64,000 nt of DNA from the NCBI GenBank assembly GCA_048128005.1, contig JBEUKZ010000009.1, positions 310,001-374,000 of the forward strand. Direction: 5' to 3'. The position numbers and the translations under genes were made by a program. Within the stretch, counting starts at the first letter, position 1. Each line of letters begins with the position of its first letter. Below the pieces are notes generated by a model. That model was given only the letters and a program-made list of their open reading frames with translations, was not told the origin of the DNA and searched no databases. The stretch is from Veleropilina oligotropha. Lineage: Eukaryota. This document shows positions 1 to 14,976 of the stretch, in pieces.

Positions 1-277
1 GCATTCCTCCCCTCTACTAAGTTCCTTTGGGGTTCTGAACTTTGAATTGATGTCTGGTGACTTGATAGCCCGGATGTCTCGCGAGACTTGGCGAGATCTC
101 GCTGGAGGAACTTAGAGAGAAGGGAAGCAGGGCGGGGGGTCGTGGTTGTTTTTGACTTATTTAGTGCATAAATGTGACTTTATTCACTGTTTCCGGTTAG
201 CGATAATATGACTATTATGGCAAGAGTAAGGACGTAAGTATGTTTTAACTAATATTAGGTTTAAATTAAAACCTCAT
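1..277 (+). mobile_element. Right end (right ITR and terminal extension) of DIRS1-like retrotransposon, copy 0, truncated by window start
   Basis: Matches the right ends of the copies ending at 14411 and 21904 (...GTAAGGACGTAAGTATGTTTTAACTAATATTAGGTTTAAATTAAAACCTCAT). Confidence 0.93.
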
Positions 278-581
278 TTTAGCGTGTAACAAGCTAGACA
301 GGTGCGGGGTCATACTAAGGTCACACGTCTGTAGTGCTTGAAGCCAAACTTTGACTACGCCCAATTCTAACTTTGGCCTGCCCAGTCTCGTTTTCGAATT
401 TCTTATTAGCAAAAATTATCTACTCCAACTCTGCACAAAGAGTCAAATAGCAGAACTTTTTAAACCGTTCGCGCAGAACAATATGCAAGTTCTAACACAT
501 CATTTGTATTGGGAAGAGAAAACTAGGCTTCTTGTCGAAGTTAATATCGTGAAAAGTTGAGCACGGTCGAAGTGGGAAGTG

Positions 582-2377
<1,796 letters not shown>

Positions 2378-4671
2378 GAAGTGCCCAAGTTAACTTTGGA
2401 ATTGCCCAAGTTAGAAGTTCGGCTGAAATGACAAATTCGGTCTCGAGATTTTAATTTTAAAACGCCTCTTAAATTTGATTCGTTATTTTAGCGTGTAACA
2501 AGCTAGACAGGTGCGGGGTCATACTAAGGTCACACGTCTGTAGTGCTTGAAGCCAAACTTTGACTACGCCCAATTCTAACTTTGGCCTGCCCAGTCTCGT
2601 TTTCGAATTTCTTATTAGCAAAAATTATCTACTCCAACTCTGCACAAAGAGTCAAATAGCAGAACTTTTTAAACCGTTCGCGCAGAACAATATGCAAGTT
2701 CTAACACATCATTTGTATTGGGAAGAGAAAACTAGGCTTCTTGTCGAAGTTAATATCGTGAAAAGTTGAGCACGGTCGAAGTGGGAAGTGCCCAAGTTAA
2801 CTTTGGAATTGCCCAAGTTAGAAGTTCGGCTGCAAAAGTGCCATCTATATATTGATCTAGATTATAATAGAAAGTTACTTTCAATTGGCTTTGTCGCGCT
2901 GAATACAGGACAGGAGAAATAAATTACACCAGCCATGCTGATGCATTGAACCAAATGTCAGTCTATGCATCATGAATGTAATCACAATGCATTAAAAGAA
3001 AGTGGAACAATTATCCAGACTCTCGATAGCTATAGTATATGAATCGAGCAGCGATGCATGACAATGGCAATAGACACGTGCCGCTAGTTGGGGATTTTAC
3101 TAAATGGAAAATAAATAAGTCTACGAGTGCGTATATTTATACGAGATAATTTATTAACAACATATATCAGATACCGGTACATATTTATGAACATACATTT
3201 ACATTTGTATTGTATTTCCTAAACAATGCATATCAATTAACTCCGATGGTAGGCCTATACTATTAATTTATTGCGATGCATCTTCGTTGTAATTTTTTTA
3301 TACAACTTTCCTATAACGCGGTCGGACACAACGTGGTCGGACACAACGCGGTCCCGATATTTTGGACCCCAATGACCACGTTATATCGAGGCTGGCGTGT
3401 ACATGTAACTTGTAAGCTTTAGTAATCACGGTTTGGATTCGTTGAATCGAAGCCAGTGATCGTAAGTGATTGGCCTGCGATATCACGACATGTATTCTTG
3501 GTAACTGGACAGAAGTATGGCAACATTGACATACCGGTAGTTAAACGTTTCTATCTCTCCACAATCATGAATGCATATAAAAATTCTGTATGGCTCTCGC
3601 CACGATATAAATAGACATCCATATTCAGATTATGTCTTGTTCTTTCATGGTTCGCCGGTTGCAATTGTAGTCAATCACCGAAGTTAACGCTTTTCCTGCC
3701 AATGTCGCACCAGACACCTCTTATAAGATAATGGATGAACTGTGAAATTTTTTATGCAGAATGTCTACATATATTTCTGTTAGATGGCATGCATGTATCA
3801 AGCTTCAATCCAAGACCAAAATTAACTATATTATTGCTATTCTAATGTTCAGTATCCTATTAAGTCATAGCACCATGGTCATTATATTACCCAAAATATA
3901 TTTGTCAGGCATTGTGCCTGAACAATGATTGAATTCGTGAAATTGATGTAAACTGGGCTGGTGCTGCCCATAAACCTGATCATATAGATATTTTAAACCA
4001 TTCTACAATATGACTGAAAACTGTTTAAATTCAATGAATTTACATCAATATCATAGACAGTCATCAGTGACACTGACAGTTACTAGTTCATAATCAGCTG
4101 AGGAAAGTGTCTTTGTTCAGATATTCCGTCTTTCCCCAACAAAATATTAACCCTAAAAATAAATTCATATATAATATATATGAAATCAATTTTGAACAGA
4201 ATTCATGGAATTTCGCAAGTTTTCTGGATTTACCGATGATGAGCTGTATAAACTTATGTGTCAAATAAAATGTCAAAAATGTTTGTTGGCAATCATACCG
4301 GAAAACTATTAAATGGAATTGCACCAAGGTGTGAAGAATTTAGCAGATGTCATCCAAGGAAGTAATGAGTGCATGTCGTGGTAAAATGTCAAGCTTATAC
4401 TAGAACGTCTGGTTTGCCTGCCTGCTGGAGGATAAGATTTAGTAAATAGTGCGTTTAACACTTATCTTCATATACAGTAGATGCTCTGTTGACATATGTT
4501 AATTAGGTTAGTAAGTTAAACTATAAGTACTATATGTGCATGAATCTCTGTTGGAGCATTACGATGAGCCTCCTCTGTAGCGATGCTATATGAGCCCTTG
4601 TTCAAACCCACCACGTAACATTACTCCTATGCTCTAACGTATTAAACTCAACTGCCGAGTAATGTTCATTA

Positions 4672-6039
4672 CAGTGGAACCCACTTAATTGCATATCGCT
4701 TAATTGCATAATCCGGTTATTTGCATATAATCTCTGGGAACAGAATATTTTACTATTATTATCATATGCAAATATTCGGTTAATCGCATGGATAATTATT
4801 CGATTCCCGCTTATTTGCATAAGAAATTTTTGACAAAACAATACATCATTGATAATAAAATCGCAAAATTGATCAAAATACTTGCGTATTTCCCAGTATG
4901 TCTTGCTACGCCATCGTAAAGATGTTTATTCAACAGTAACATTCGAAGTTTGAACCATTTCTGCAACCTCGTGGGTTCCAAAATAATTTTACTTCCGGAA
5001 AAAGTCGGAACTGAAAGTTCGGTAAACATCGTTTCAGTGCAGAAATGTTACGGAAATGAGCGATGTCATTCGGGGAAATTATCGATTGACAAAGTAAAGA
5101 AGACCCAGCGTTGTGTCGGCTTCAATGTTTTGCTAAATTAGGTCTATAAATGATCGCCTTTGTCTGATTTTTGAAGTTGCGAAGTCACACACCGTGACAC
5201 GATAAACGGATTATAGGGGATTAAAAATCTATTGTCCCGAATCCAAATGACCGACTGTTGAGTTTATTTGAACGCAAAATCGAAGATTAGGCTTATGAAT
5301 CAAAGTAAACGGTGTCGTTACATCTATTCACACGAACAGAACTTAGTTCGCCGATAAATTACATAATTCTAAGACAACAACAACATTTGTAACAATTAAA
5401 ACGACTGATCCTACAAAATGAGAAGTATTATCTCCCCTGATCTAGTTTTTGAGAATACGTAGCCTCGTTGCCGCCGCTGATTTAATTATTATTTTAATTT
5501 TATATGAAGACAACATCTTATATTTTTTTTTTTTTTAAATAATAATATACTGTAATAATTAAATCTCGCCAGAAATAGTTATTCAATAACTGTAAACAAA
5601 AATCGATTCGACATTTAAGCAAATTTTTCAACATGGTGGCCAATAACGCGACACGTGTTCAGCAGAAGAGAATCGTTCTGAAAATGAATTTCCACACCAT
5701 ATTAATGTATGAAATGCGACGATACGCTTTCGAAACCTATATCAATTCTACTGAAACGGGCTAATCACCTTCAGATCAGAATAACCACAAAATATTACAA
5801 TCCGTATTTATCATTTTATGGAAGGAAAAATACATTTAGTATGATTTACAAATAAATTTATTACCAGAACATATTTATAATAGAGAACTATTTTAAATAC
5901 AAGTAACTATCGTCTATGATTTCCGGCGAAAAATAATTTCCGAAATTTACTGATTTGGTTAAATCTGTTAAACGAATAATCCGGATAATCGCATAAATAA
6001 TCGAGACAATCTCGCTATGCAAATAAGCGGGTTCCACTG
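4672..6039 (+). mobile_element. Tc1/mariner (pogo/Tigger-like) non-autonomous element, family A copy 1
   Basis: TA-flanked TIRs CAGTGGAACCC...GGGTTCCACTG. Homologous to 40996-42325 (inverted) and 49504-51623. Confidence 0.85.
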
Positions 6040-6084
6040 TAGTAACAAACTCAATGTAGCTGGCTATGATAAAATGAGTATTTC

Positions 6085-6770
6085 TTGTGTGCACTCGACA
6101 GTGACAAGTTCTGATCTGATTTGATTAAAATTTAGTATGCACGTTACTTATGATGGGGACATGCCCCCTATTAATGTTCATCATTTTATGATTCAAGATG
6201 GCCGCCGTGGTGGCCTTTTGTTTTGAAGAGATTTCTTGTGTGCGCCCTACAATGAAAAGTTCTAATCCGATTTGATTCACATTCAGTATGTGCGTTAGTT
6301 ATGATGAGGACACTCCACCTGACAGTTTTTGGATTCAAGATGACCGACGTGGTGACCATTATGTTTTGAAGATTTAATTTTATTTCTTGTGTGCGTTCTA
6401 TAGTGAAAAGTTCTTATCCGATTTCATTCAAATTCAATATAGACGTTAGGCATGTTAGGCCACCACGCGGGCATTCTTGTGGCCTGCCACAACATTTTTT
6501 GCCCGCCTGCTAGGCAGGGCTATATATATATATAGTCCGTCGTCGGCGTCCGCTGATCGCTTTCTGTCACATAGACGACGACCCGCTGGACCTATGCTTT
6601 TCATATTTGGTTTACACCTTTTATACCACCAGGCCTTGCCTAATTTCAAAGATGGGGTCACAGTCAAAGGTCAAAGTCGTTTTCGTGTATTTCCAATCTG
6701 GACTAGGAAGATTGCTTTTTGTCAGTTACAAGACGAACCGCTGGACCTACGCTTTTTCGAAGAACAGTAG
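6085..6770 (+). repeat. Fragments of HINE/Helentron-associated-like elements with about 120-bp internal repeats
   Basis: Repeats containing CAAGATGGCCGCC (as at 24130-24900). 5' motif GCCCGCCTGCTAGGCAGGGC followed by GTCCGTCGTCGGCGTCC, also seen at 52804-52950. Confidence 0.55.
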
Positions 6771-7132
6771 AGCTATTGTCATTGATCAGCCACTCGTACG
6801 TCTGCGTCGTTGACAGCGTCTCCAATTTGTGTTAAGGAAAATGTTTAGGTGAAGTTTATCTTCTATAATCTCAAGCAATGACTTTAATTAATCACTCCTT
6901 ACTATGCTATTAAAGGTAATAGGCACATTATTGAGGTACTTTTGGGTTGAAACATGCTTTATATGAACTTTGATTTTGTGTTAAGGAAATTGTTTAGATG
7001 ATGATTTTTAAACATTACATGTACTTTCAGGGTAACGAGTTACATCAGATATATTCAACTTTTATTTTATTGGATCATATGACCTAATAAAACCAAGTAC
7101 TAATTCAAAATTAATCATGTTACTGGACAAGT

Positions 7133-10100
7133 ATATGTAGTTACAAACTTACTTACGTCCTTACACTTGCCATAATAGTCATATTATCGCCAACCGGAAA
7201 CAGTGAATAATTGTCACATTTTATGCACTATTAAGTCAAACCACTACGATTACCTCCCCTGCTCCCCCTCCATAAGTTCCCCCGGCGAGATATCGCCAAG
7301 TCTCGCGAGATGTCCGAGCTCAAGGCCAAAAGGCTTCAATTCAAAGTTTTCCGCCATACGGGAAAAACGTGTTTTGTTTTGCTCCGCAAATATATATTCT
7401 GTCTGGCGATTTATACGTTAAATCTAAGACGCTAAACTACTTATAACAACATAGTTATAAGCATTGGATATTACCCTGTGGATGAGAAATAAACATCAGT
7501 GAATAGGAAGATTTATATCTGGACTTCGAAGAAAGTTGTGAAAGATTGTGAAACCGACATCGCCGCCATTGCCGATAAAAGCATGGGCCGCTCAGAGGGG
7601 AAGTTTCGTTAGCAAAAGGAAATTTCTGGTCGGTGTATGTATCTGATATTATTTGAGACTTCTCAAAAGGTAACTCATTATATTGGATAATTCCTTAACG
7701 ACGTTTATTGCTGGTAATTATTGTTTAAATACTTAACGTCGTTAAAAGGCAGGATTGTTTAGAAATCAATGTTAGTTATTCTGATATCCTGCCGTTACTG
7801 GGATAATACGCCACCGTACTAATTTTAAAAAACATCCACGAGGTTTTCAGGTGTTTTATCGGGTGGTTTTTTCTAAGAAAAAGCCCCCCTTTTTTAGTCT
7901 ATTGCCGGGTTTTATTACCCGGCCTCGGTGTTCCCAGCTCGGGGTTATTTTCGGTATATCGCCTGATCTCCGATCTTCAGATTAGGTGCAATCTTAAGGG
8001 TTGTAGTAGTAAAGTCACAACTACCAAACATATACTTTTTTAACTACCCCGTTCCACCCACTACCACCCTCCCGTGTATTCAGCTATGGTCCGGTGCAGC
8101 AACTCCGGGTGTAACCAGAAGATTCACGGATTTGATAGGCACACGGAATGCCGTGTTCACCGTAACTGCAGTAAGTCTTATAAATGTGAACTGTGCCTAG
8201 GTTTAACAGAGAGGCAGTGGGCGATCTTATTCCCACCGGTGAAGCCGACCAGGGCGGTTACCACGGTGGGTTCTCCCCCGGAGAAGGGACAAAATGGTAG
8301 GTTAAAGGGAATTAACGTTTCTTTGTCTACTTCAGGGACGCTGGATGACAGTCGACCAAAGGGAATACCGTCTGTCGCCGGATCTACCGGCGAAACCTCC
8401 GCGACTCATGGGGGAGTCGCCGAAACCTTGCCGGGACCCCAGATTCAGGTAGGAGCCGAGTGCTGGCCGATCCTCGTCAAACGGGCCTAGTAACTGCAGC
8501 CAACCATACCTTGCCGGCTAGCAAGGTATATCTGGCAGCGCGCCGAACCGCTGAACAGGGCAGACTATCCCCATCCTATTCTTCGGCCTCGAAGAATACG
8601 GGGAACGTTAGTCCTTCTGCGGGAAACTCTCCGTTTAACGACGGAGAGCAACCCAATGAGAAAGCCAATAAAGAGGCCGGACACCATTACGATGGTCTAA
8701 GATCCGGACAATTGGCGACGCCTGAAACCTCGTCCGAGACCGACGCGACTAACCCTTGGGTTTTTCCGCTCAACCTCGGAGCTCACGACTGTTTCAGAGG
8801 GCCCGTTATCTCCCGTGCACCCACAGGGGCAACGCTAGAGAACGCGGACAGACCGGCTGCGTTCGGACAGAGGTATTACGGTGACCCGACCGTGCCTCGC
8901 TCGAACAGAGTGGTAGACCAGTACGGACTGTGGCCGCAGTCCTACAGGTCGCCCGTCCCACTGAATGCGCCTTCGGGCCATTCCTTCGGGTACGACCGCT
9001 CGACGGGTGACCCGAGACCCTGGTTCTCGGCTCCACCTGTCCGTGCAGCCCGTCAACCTTGCGCCACGGTGACTTCGACCGAACTACCGGCTGTTAGTTC
9101 GACGCCCGTCATGCCTCCGGGTTTCTCGTACGAGAATTTCCAGGCTATGTTCGCGGCGGAGTTCGAGCCCCGATGTAAGGCCTGGCAACCGGCTTCCCAG
9201 CCGCTCCAGTTCTCTGCCCGTGGCGCAGAGCACGGCTCCTGCATCCGTGATGGAGATCGACCCTCGTTACGACGAGGACCTCGACTCCACTTACTCCGAC
9301 CTCCCTGAATCGGTCGGGCCCGAAGACGCTGGTAGTCTTCCAGGCACGCAGGAGCCGACCTCCACCACCCGCCGAAGGCTCGACGCCGTTGCGTCACTTT
9401 GCGGAGTGCTTGACCTGCCGGAACCGACTCGGTCGGATGTAGGCCCGGTCAAGCACAGGACGGCGGCACATCGGTTTGTTGAGAAGGAAGCCCCCTTGCT
9501 TCCTTCCTTACCTCAGTCTGGGCTGGTTGATCTGGTGGTCGACTCGACAACCAAGCTCATTCAGGGGCACAATCCGGTGGAGTCCTCCCCATTGACGGAG
9601 TTCCCTTCGGGGTTCCGTAGTGGGAGGTACCTCCGGGCCAGTTCGCGTTCGATCCCGTTCGCATGTACTGGTCCGTGTCTGGCGACTGAGCCGGCTCGTG
9701 TTGATGCAGCGATGCGTCGACTGACCGCCAGTCACACTCCCTCTGTAGCGAAAGTTCCTTGGTCCGCCTTGGAAGCTTTCGAGAGCTCCGCCCGACGGGC
9801 TCTGCGGCTGTCGTCCGTTTAGGATTTTTTCCTAGACGGGGCGATAGCCGTATTACAGGAGGAAGGACCCGGCGCCCGTGGGCAGCCCTGTCCTTCCTCC
9901 AGGGGGTTGCTGCCGTTATGGAGACCAGCGCGTTGGAGACGGGACGTGTCCTGGGTAACGCACTCCTACTTCGTAGGGACGATTGCCTGGAAGGCACCTC
10001 GCTAGATGAGGCCACCCGGCGCTCATTGCGATGCGTGCCTTGCTCGGCCACCACTCTATTTGGCGACAATTTCTCGGAATTCGTCGACAAGAGAGCGGCG

Positions 10101-13100
10101 GACCTGAAGGCCCGTGCCATCGAGAAGGCAGTGCTGCACCCCCCCCGGGGGTCCACCCGCCGACTCGAGGAAGCGTTCAGGGCCCACCCGGACCCCGAAG
10201 CCTTCCAAGCGTGCAAGGCCCTCTTCTGGTGGTAGGCCCCCGGCCAATAAACCCACTCAGAAGAGGCAAGCACCTCCAACAAAATCCCATCAGAGCGGGA
10301 GAGGGAAGCCTCGGCCCTAGGGCTGCCGGCACACACGACGGTCCCAGCTTCCCGCTTCCGCCGGTGGGAGCGTATCTGTTAGCGTACAGCCAGCCGTGGC
10401 TAGAGCTAACAGACAGCAGCTGGGTCCCTCAGTCGTGAGTGCCGGATACAAGTTGGCATTCAACCGGCATCCGACCCTAACCGAGGCACCACCACCAAGC
10501 CGCGCTCGCCCTCTGCAAGGCGAGAAACAAGCAGTCTTAGACCAGGCAGTGTGGGACTTACTCCTAAAAGGAGCGATATATCCAGGATTTACAGCCTTTT
10601 CTTCCTGGTCCCGAAACCCGATGGCCGCTGGCGACCGATCCTCGATCTCTCGTATCTCAACCGATATCTTCGCACCGAGAAATTCCAGCAAGAAACCCTC
10701 TCGAAGATACGAGCGGCCATCCGTCCGGGCGACTGGGCAGCGTCTATCGATCTGACCGACGCGTATCTGCATGTTCCGATGCATATCACGGCTCATCAGT
10801 ACCTTCGGTTTATACACGGGGAGACGATCTACCAATTCAGGTGTCTACCGTTCGGTCTATCGTCAGCCCCTTACGTCTTCACGAGAACAGTACAGGCCCT
10901 CGGAGCCTTCCTACACTCTCTAGGGCACAGGGTACATATGTACCTCGACGACTGGCTGATCCTCGGGGCTTCCCGGGATCTGTGCCACCGTCTACGAGCT
11001 TTACCCTGTCATCGGCGAAGCGACTGTGATTTCAGATCAACGAGACAAAATCCTGCTTCGTACCCCCCAAGACGTTTACGTTTCTCGGAGTCGACTTCGA
11101 TACGGTCCGGTGCACCGCGAAACCGACCCAGAAACGTATACGGAACCTACGCGCGGTTATACAAGACACCCTGTCATCGGAGATAACTACGGCGCGACAA
11201 CTGGCCACTGTCCTGGGGCACATCGAGTCGGTAGCGACCCTGCTACCGACGGGTCGAATGGACAAACGACCGTTACAACAGGCGTTCAGAGATCGCTGGA
11301 TACAACGGGCGGGGCAGTGGACGGATCGTATCGATCTTTGGCATTGGTTTACCAGCACGACAGCAGTGTGGTTGAACCCTGCTTAGCCGAAGTCGGTTCC
11401 TATATCCCCGCCAGAGCCGAACGCTTACCTGTTCACAGACGCTTCGAACGACGGCTGGGGTGGTCACCTCGACAGTTACGAGACATCGGGCCTATGGCCG
11501 ACGGACCTTCAGGGATGACACATAAACTACCTAGAGCTAGAAGCGGTCTACCTGACAGTACGGTCCCTCTCGTCACATCTCCGCAACAAGCATATAATGC
11601 TCGCCACGGACAATACGACTGTCGTCGCATACATTCAACACCAGGGCGGCACTCGCTCGCGTCCCCTTTGCGACCGAGCAATCGACCTACACCGCCTAGT
11701 GATGTCCCTCAACTCGACGATACGAGCAAGACACATCCCGGGAAAGCTGAATGTCGGAGCGGACTCGCTCTCTCGGAAATCACAGATTATACACACAGAG
11801 TTACACAGCCGAGTAGCTCGGGACGTTTGTCGCCGGTGGTCACAACCCCAAGTCGATCTGTTTGCAACAGAATTCAATTACCGACTACCTCTGTATGTCT
11901 CCCCGTACCCGGACCCGGCCGCCCTAGCGGTCGACACGTTGTCAATGACATGGGAGAATCTGTCCGCGTATGCCTTCCCCCCGTCGTACATCCTGACACT
12001 CGTACTACAGAACGCATCGAACGAACGTTGCGAGATAACGCAAATCGCGCCCCTGTATCGCACGCAACCTTGGTTTCCGACCCTCCTCGATCTGATCGTC
12101 GATCGACCGTTAGCGCTCCCGCAAAGACCGGACCTGTTACTGCAGGCGCGGTCGTGTATTACACCCGTCGCCGAACGACTTACGTTTACACGCCTGGCGG
12201 TTATCGAACGAACCCTCGCTAAGAAAGGATTTTCTTGCGCTACAGCCCTACGCATCTACCGATCGAGAAGGCTTTCCACATCTAAAGTATACGACTACCG
12301 ATGGGTCAAATACGTGGTTGGTGTCACAGCCGGCAGGTCAATATACTCCGCCCCCCTGTGAACAAGTTTATCGAGTTTTTATCGTCGCTCTTTGAATGCG
12401 GAATGTCAGTGTCCGCCGTCAAAGGCTATCGGGCAACGGTCGCGACCACGTTAAAACAGTGCCGTGCCCGTGTTAGCCTATCTAGCGACCGAACGATTTT
12501 GGATTTTATACGATCCTACGAACTCGAAATTCCGACCCGTACGATACGGCCGCCAGCCTGGAACATCGTTCTCATTCTTAACGCTCTCCTTCTACACCCG
12601 TACGAGCCTATGGGCTCGGCCTCTATGAGGAACTTAACGCACAAAACGGTTTTTTTGATCGCCTTAGCGTCGGGCAGGCGTTGTTCCGAAATTCATAGTC
12701 TATCCGCAGAGCTACGAGACGTTCGTTTCCAGTCAGACGGGTCGGTGATGCGGCGTCCTATCTTGGGTTTCCTCGCCAAGAATCAACGGCTGAACGAAGA
12801 CGCCCCCGATATCGTTATCCCCAAGCTTACGCTGGTCGGAAGACACGATGTGGACCGATTAAACTGTCCTGTGCGTGCCTTACGTTACTACCTCGACAGG
12901 ACCCGTGATATGCGGCAGGGAAAACTACGTCTATTTTATTCGTATTTACCTTCTTATACCCGCGACATTACGAAGACGACTGTTTCGCGGTGGTTTTCAC
13001 AGGTAGTGAGAGACGTATACTCTCGCTGTGAAAAGTAGGCCGCACTATTGTATCGGTCCGCGCGCACGAGGTCCGTGCATTCGCAGCTAAACATCTCAGC

Positions 13101-14411
13101 GTTGCTTCTAGAAATGTCTTTATTAAGCATTACCTGCGGGATTATTCCATGGGGCTGATGGGTTGAGCAGTCTGCAATGGGTAGCAGCTCAACGATGTAT
13201 TGTTAGACACGGTCATCTAATCAGTAGGCAAGTATTGTGTCTTGATTAATCAATTTAATACTTCATGCTGAAGCAATGTTATTGTTATGCCTAGGTGTTA
13301 CTATGTAAACACATTATGAGGCGGTTCAATGTATGTTCATCTCTTAAAAACATTTTAAGATCTTGATACTTTCATGTCATTCCTGAGTATTTTGACAGGC
13401 CAGTTCACATTGAATTTAATAAACATTTATATTGCAAAAAGTCTTATAGGATTTTGAGGTTCAATATTATTGATGTTCTATGCTGTTATAGAACATACGA
13501 TGTTCAAGACATTGAAATTTTTTTAATATTTGATTCCTTAAAATTTATTTTAAGTAACATGTACTCATGTTAGCCTTTTGCAAGTTGGTCATGCGAATTA
13601 CTTATTAATACCGATTATTTGTTATAATCTATTAATTCTTTGCTTAAGATTTGATGTCTTCACAACCTATTAGGCTCCGTGTGACTACAAATCCGACTGC
13701 TTCCTCTGGCTACCGGTCTATGGCCCGGAGTACCAGTTGGCTGCCACTGGTCCATGACACGTAAGACCTACAAGGATCTTCCTTCCGGCCGTGCCTGGGA
13801 CTGATTGCACTTCCGTTCACCTTGTCCGGCTAACACCACGGCGTATTCTCCCGGTATCACTGGTCGAAATTCTCGCCTGGTAAGAGTAGAATATAATACT
13901 CACCAGATTCTACTCTGAGCGGACACAATCGGCGCTTCAAGCTGATTGATATGGTGAAAAGTAAGTCATAATCTTGTTTGGGATTGTTGTAAGGAACTTC
14001 TTACCCACCTATCCAAGGTCATTCTGGCAAGTGTAAGGACGTAAGTAAGTTTGTAACTACATATGAGATTTTTAAGTAAACCTAATATTAGTTAAAACAT
14101 ACTTACGTCCTTACTACGATTACCCGCCCTGCGCTTCGCATTCCTCCCCTCTTACTAAGTTCCTTTGGTGTTCTGAACTTTGAATTGAAGCCTTTTGGCC
14201 TTGAGCTCGGACATCTCGCGAGACTTGGCGATATCTCGCCGGGGGAACTTATAGAGGGGGAGCAGGGGAGGTAATCGTAGTGTTTTGACTTAATAGTGCA
14301 TAAAATGTGACAATTATTCACTGTTTCCGGTTGGCGATAATATGACTATTATGGCAAGTGTAAGGACGTAAGTATGTTTTAACTAATATTAGGTTTACTT
14401 AAAAACCTCAT
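7133..14411 (+). mobile_element. Full-length but decayed DIRS1-like retrotransposon, copy 1
   Basis: 199-bp ITRs at 7150-7348 and 14176-14374 with at least 2 mismatches. ICR at 14025-14114. Colinear with copy 2. Confidence 0.95.
8086..13227 (+). pseudogene. Disrupted gag, RT-RNaseH-MTase and tyrosine recombinase ORFs of DIRS copy 1
   Basis: ORF fragments at 8074, 8460, 9220, 10551 (YLDD), 11597 and 12301 (ALASGRRCSEI) align to copy 2 proteins, with multiple frameshifts, small deletions and stops (for example TAG at 9820-9822). Confidence 0.93.
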
Positions 14412-14444
14412 TTTTGGGATAAACGTGATATGTAGTTACAAACT

Positions 14445-14647
14445 TACTTACGTCCTTACTCTTGCCATAATAGTAATATTATCGCTAACCGGAAACAGTG
14501 AATAAGTCACATTATGCACTCTTTATAAGTCAAAACGTACCACGATCACCTCCCCTGCTCCCGCTCTCCTAAGTTCCCCCAGCGAGATCTCGCCAAGTCT
14601 CGCGAGACTTCCGAAGCATCGAAGTCACAAGACCTCAATTCAAAGTT
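14445..14647 (+). repeat. Left inverted terminal repeat of DIRS copy 2
   Basis: Reverse complement of 21665-21867. Contains palindromes GCGAGATCTCGC and AAGTCTCGCGAGACTT. Confidence 0.95.
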
Positions 14648-14976
14648 TTCCGCGAAAACGGAAAGACGTGTTTTTTGCTCCGCAAATCTTTCGACTTTGT
14701 CTTCGATTTTTCAGACGCTAATGCGTTAAGATCGAGGGCTATTAATTTAACAACTTTATAATAAGTTGTGAAGGATTATAACCCTGTGTTGTGGATATTA
14801 TAAACACATGTGAATAGTGTTGATCGAGCTGATTTGAAGATTCGAGTTCTAAAAGTCACCTGAAACCGACATCGCCGCTGTTGCAGGGAAAAGCATGGCC
14901 GCCTAGAGGGGAAAATTCGTATAGAAGAAGTTTCTGGTCGGTATATTTATCTGATATTGTTTGAGACTGCAAACAG

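Noticed and set aside
9557..10835. Long antisense ORFs in the DIRS copies (also 17108-17843, 59352-60406)
   Set aside because: Shadows of GC-rich coding sequence; boundaries differ between copies and no motifs are recognisable.
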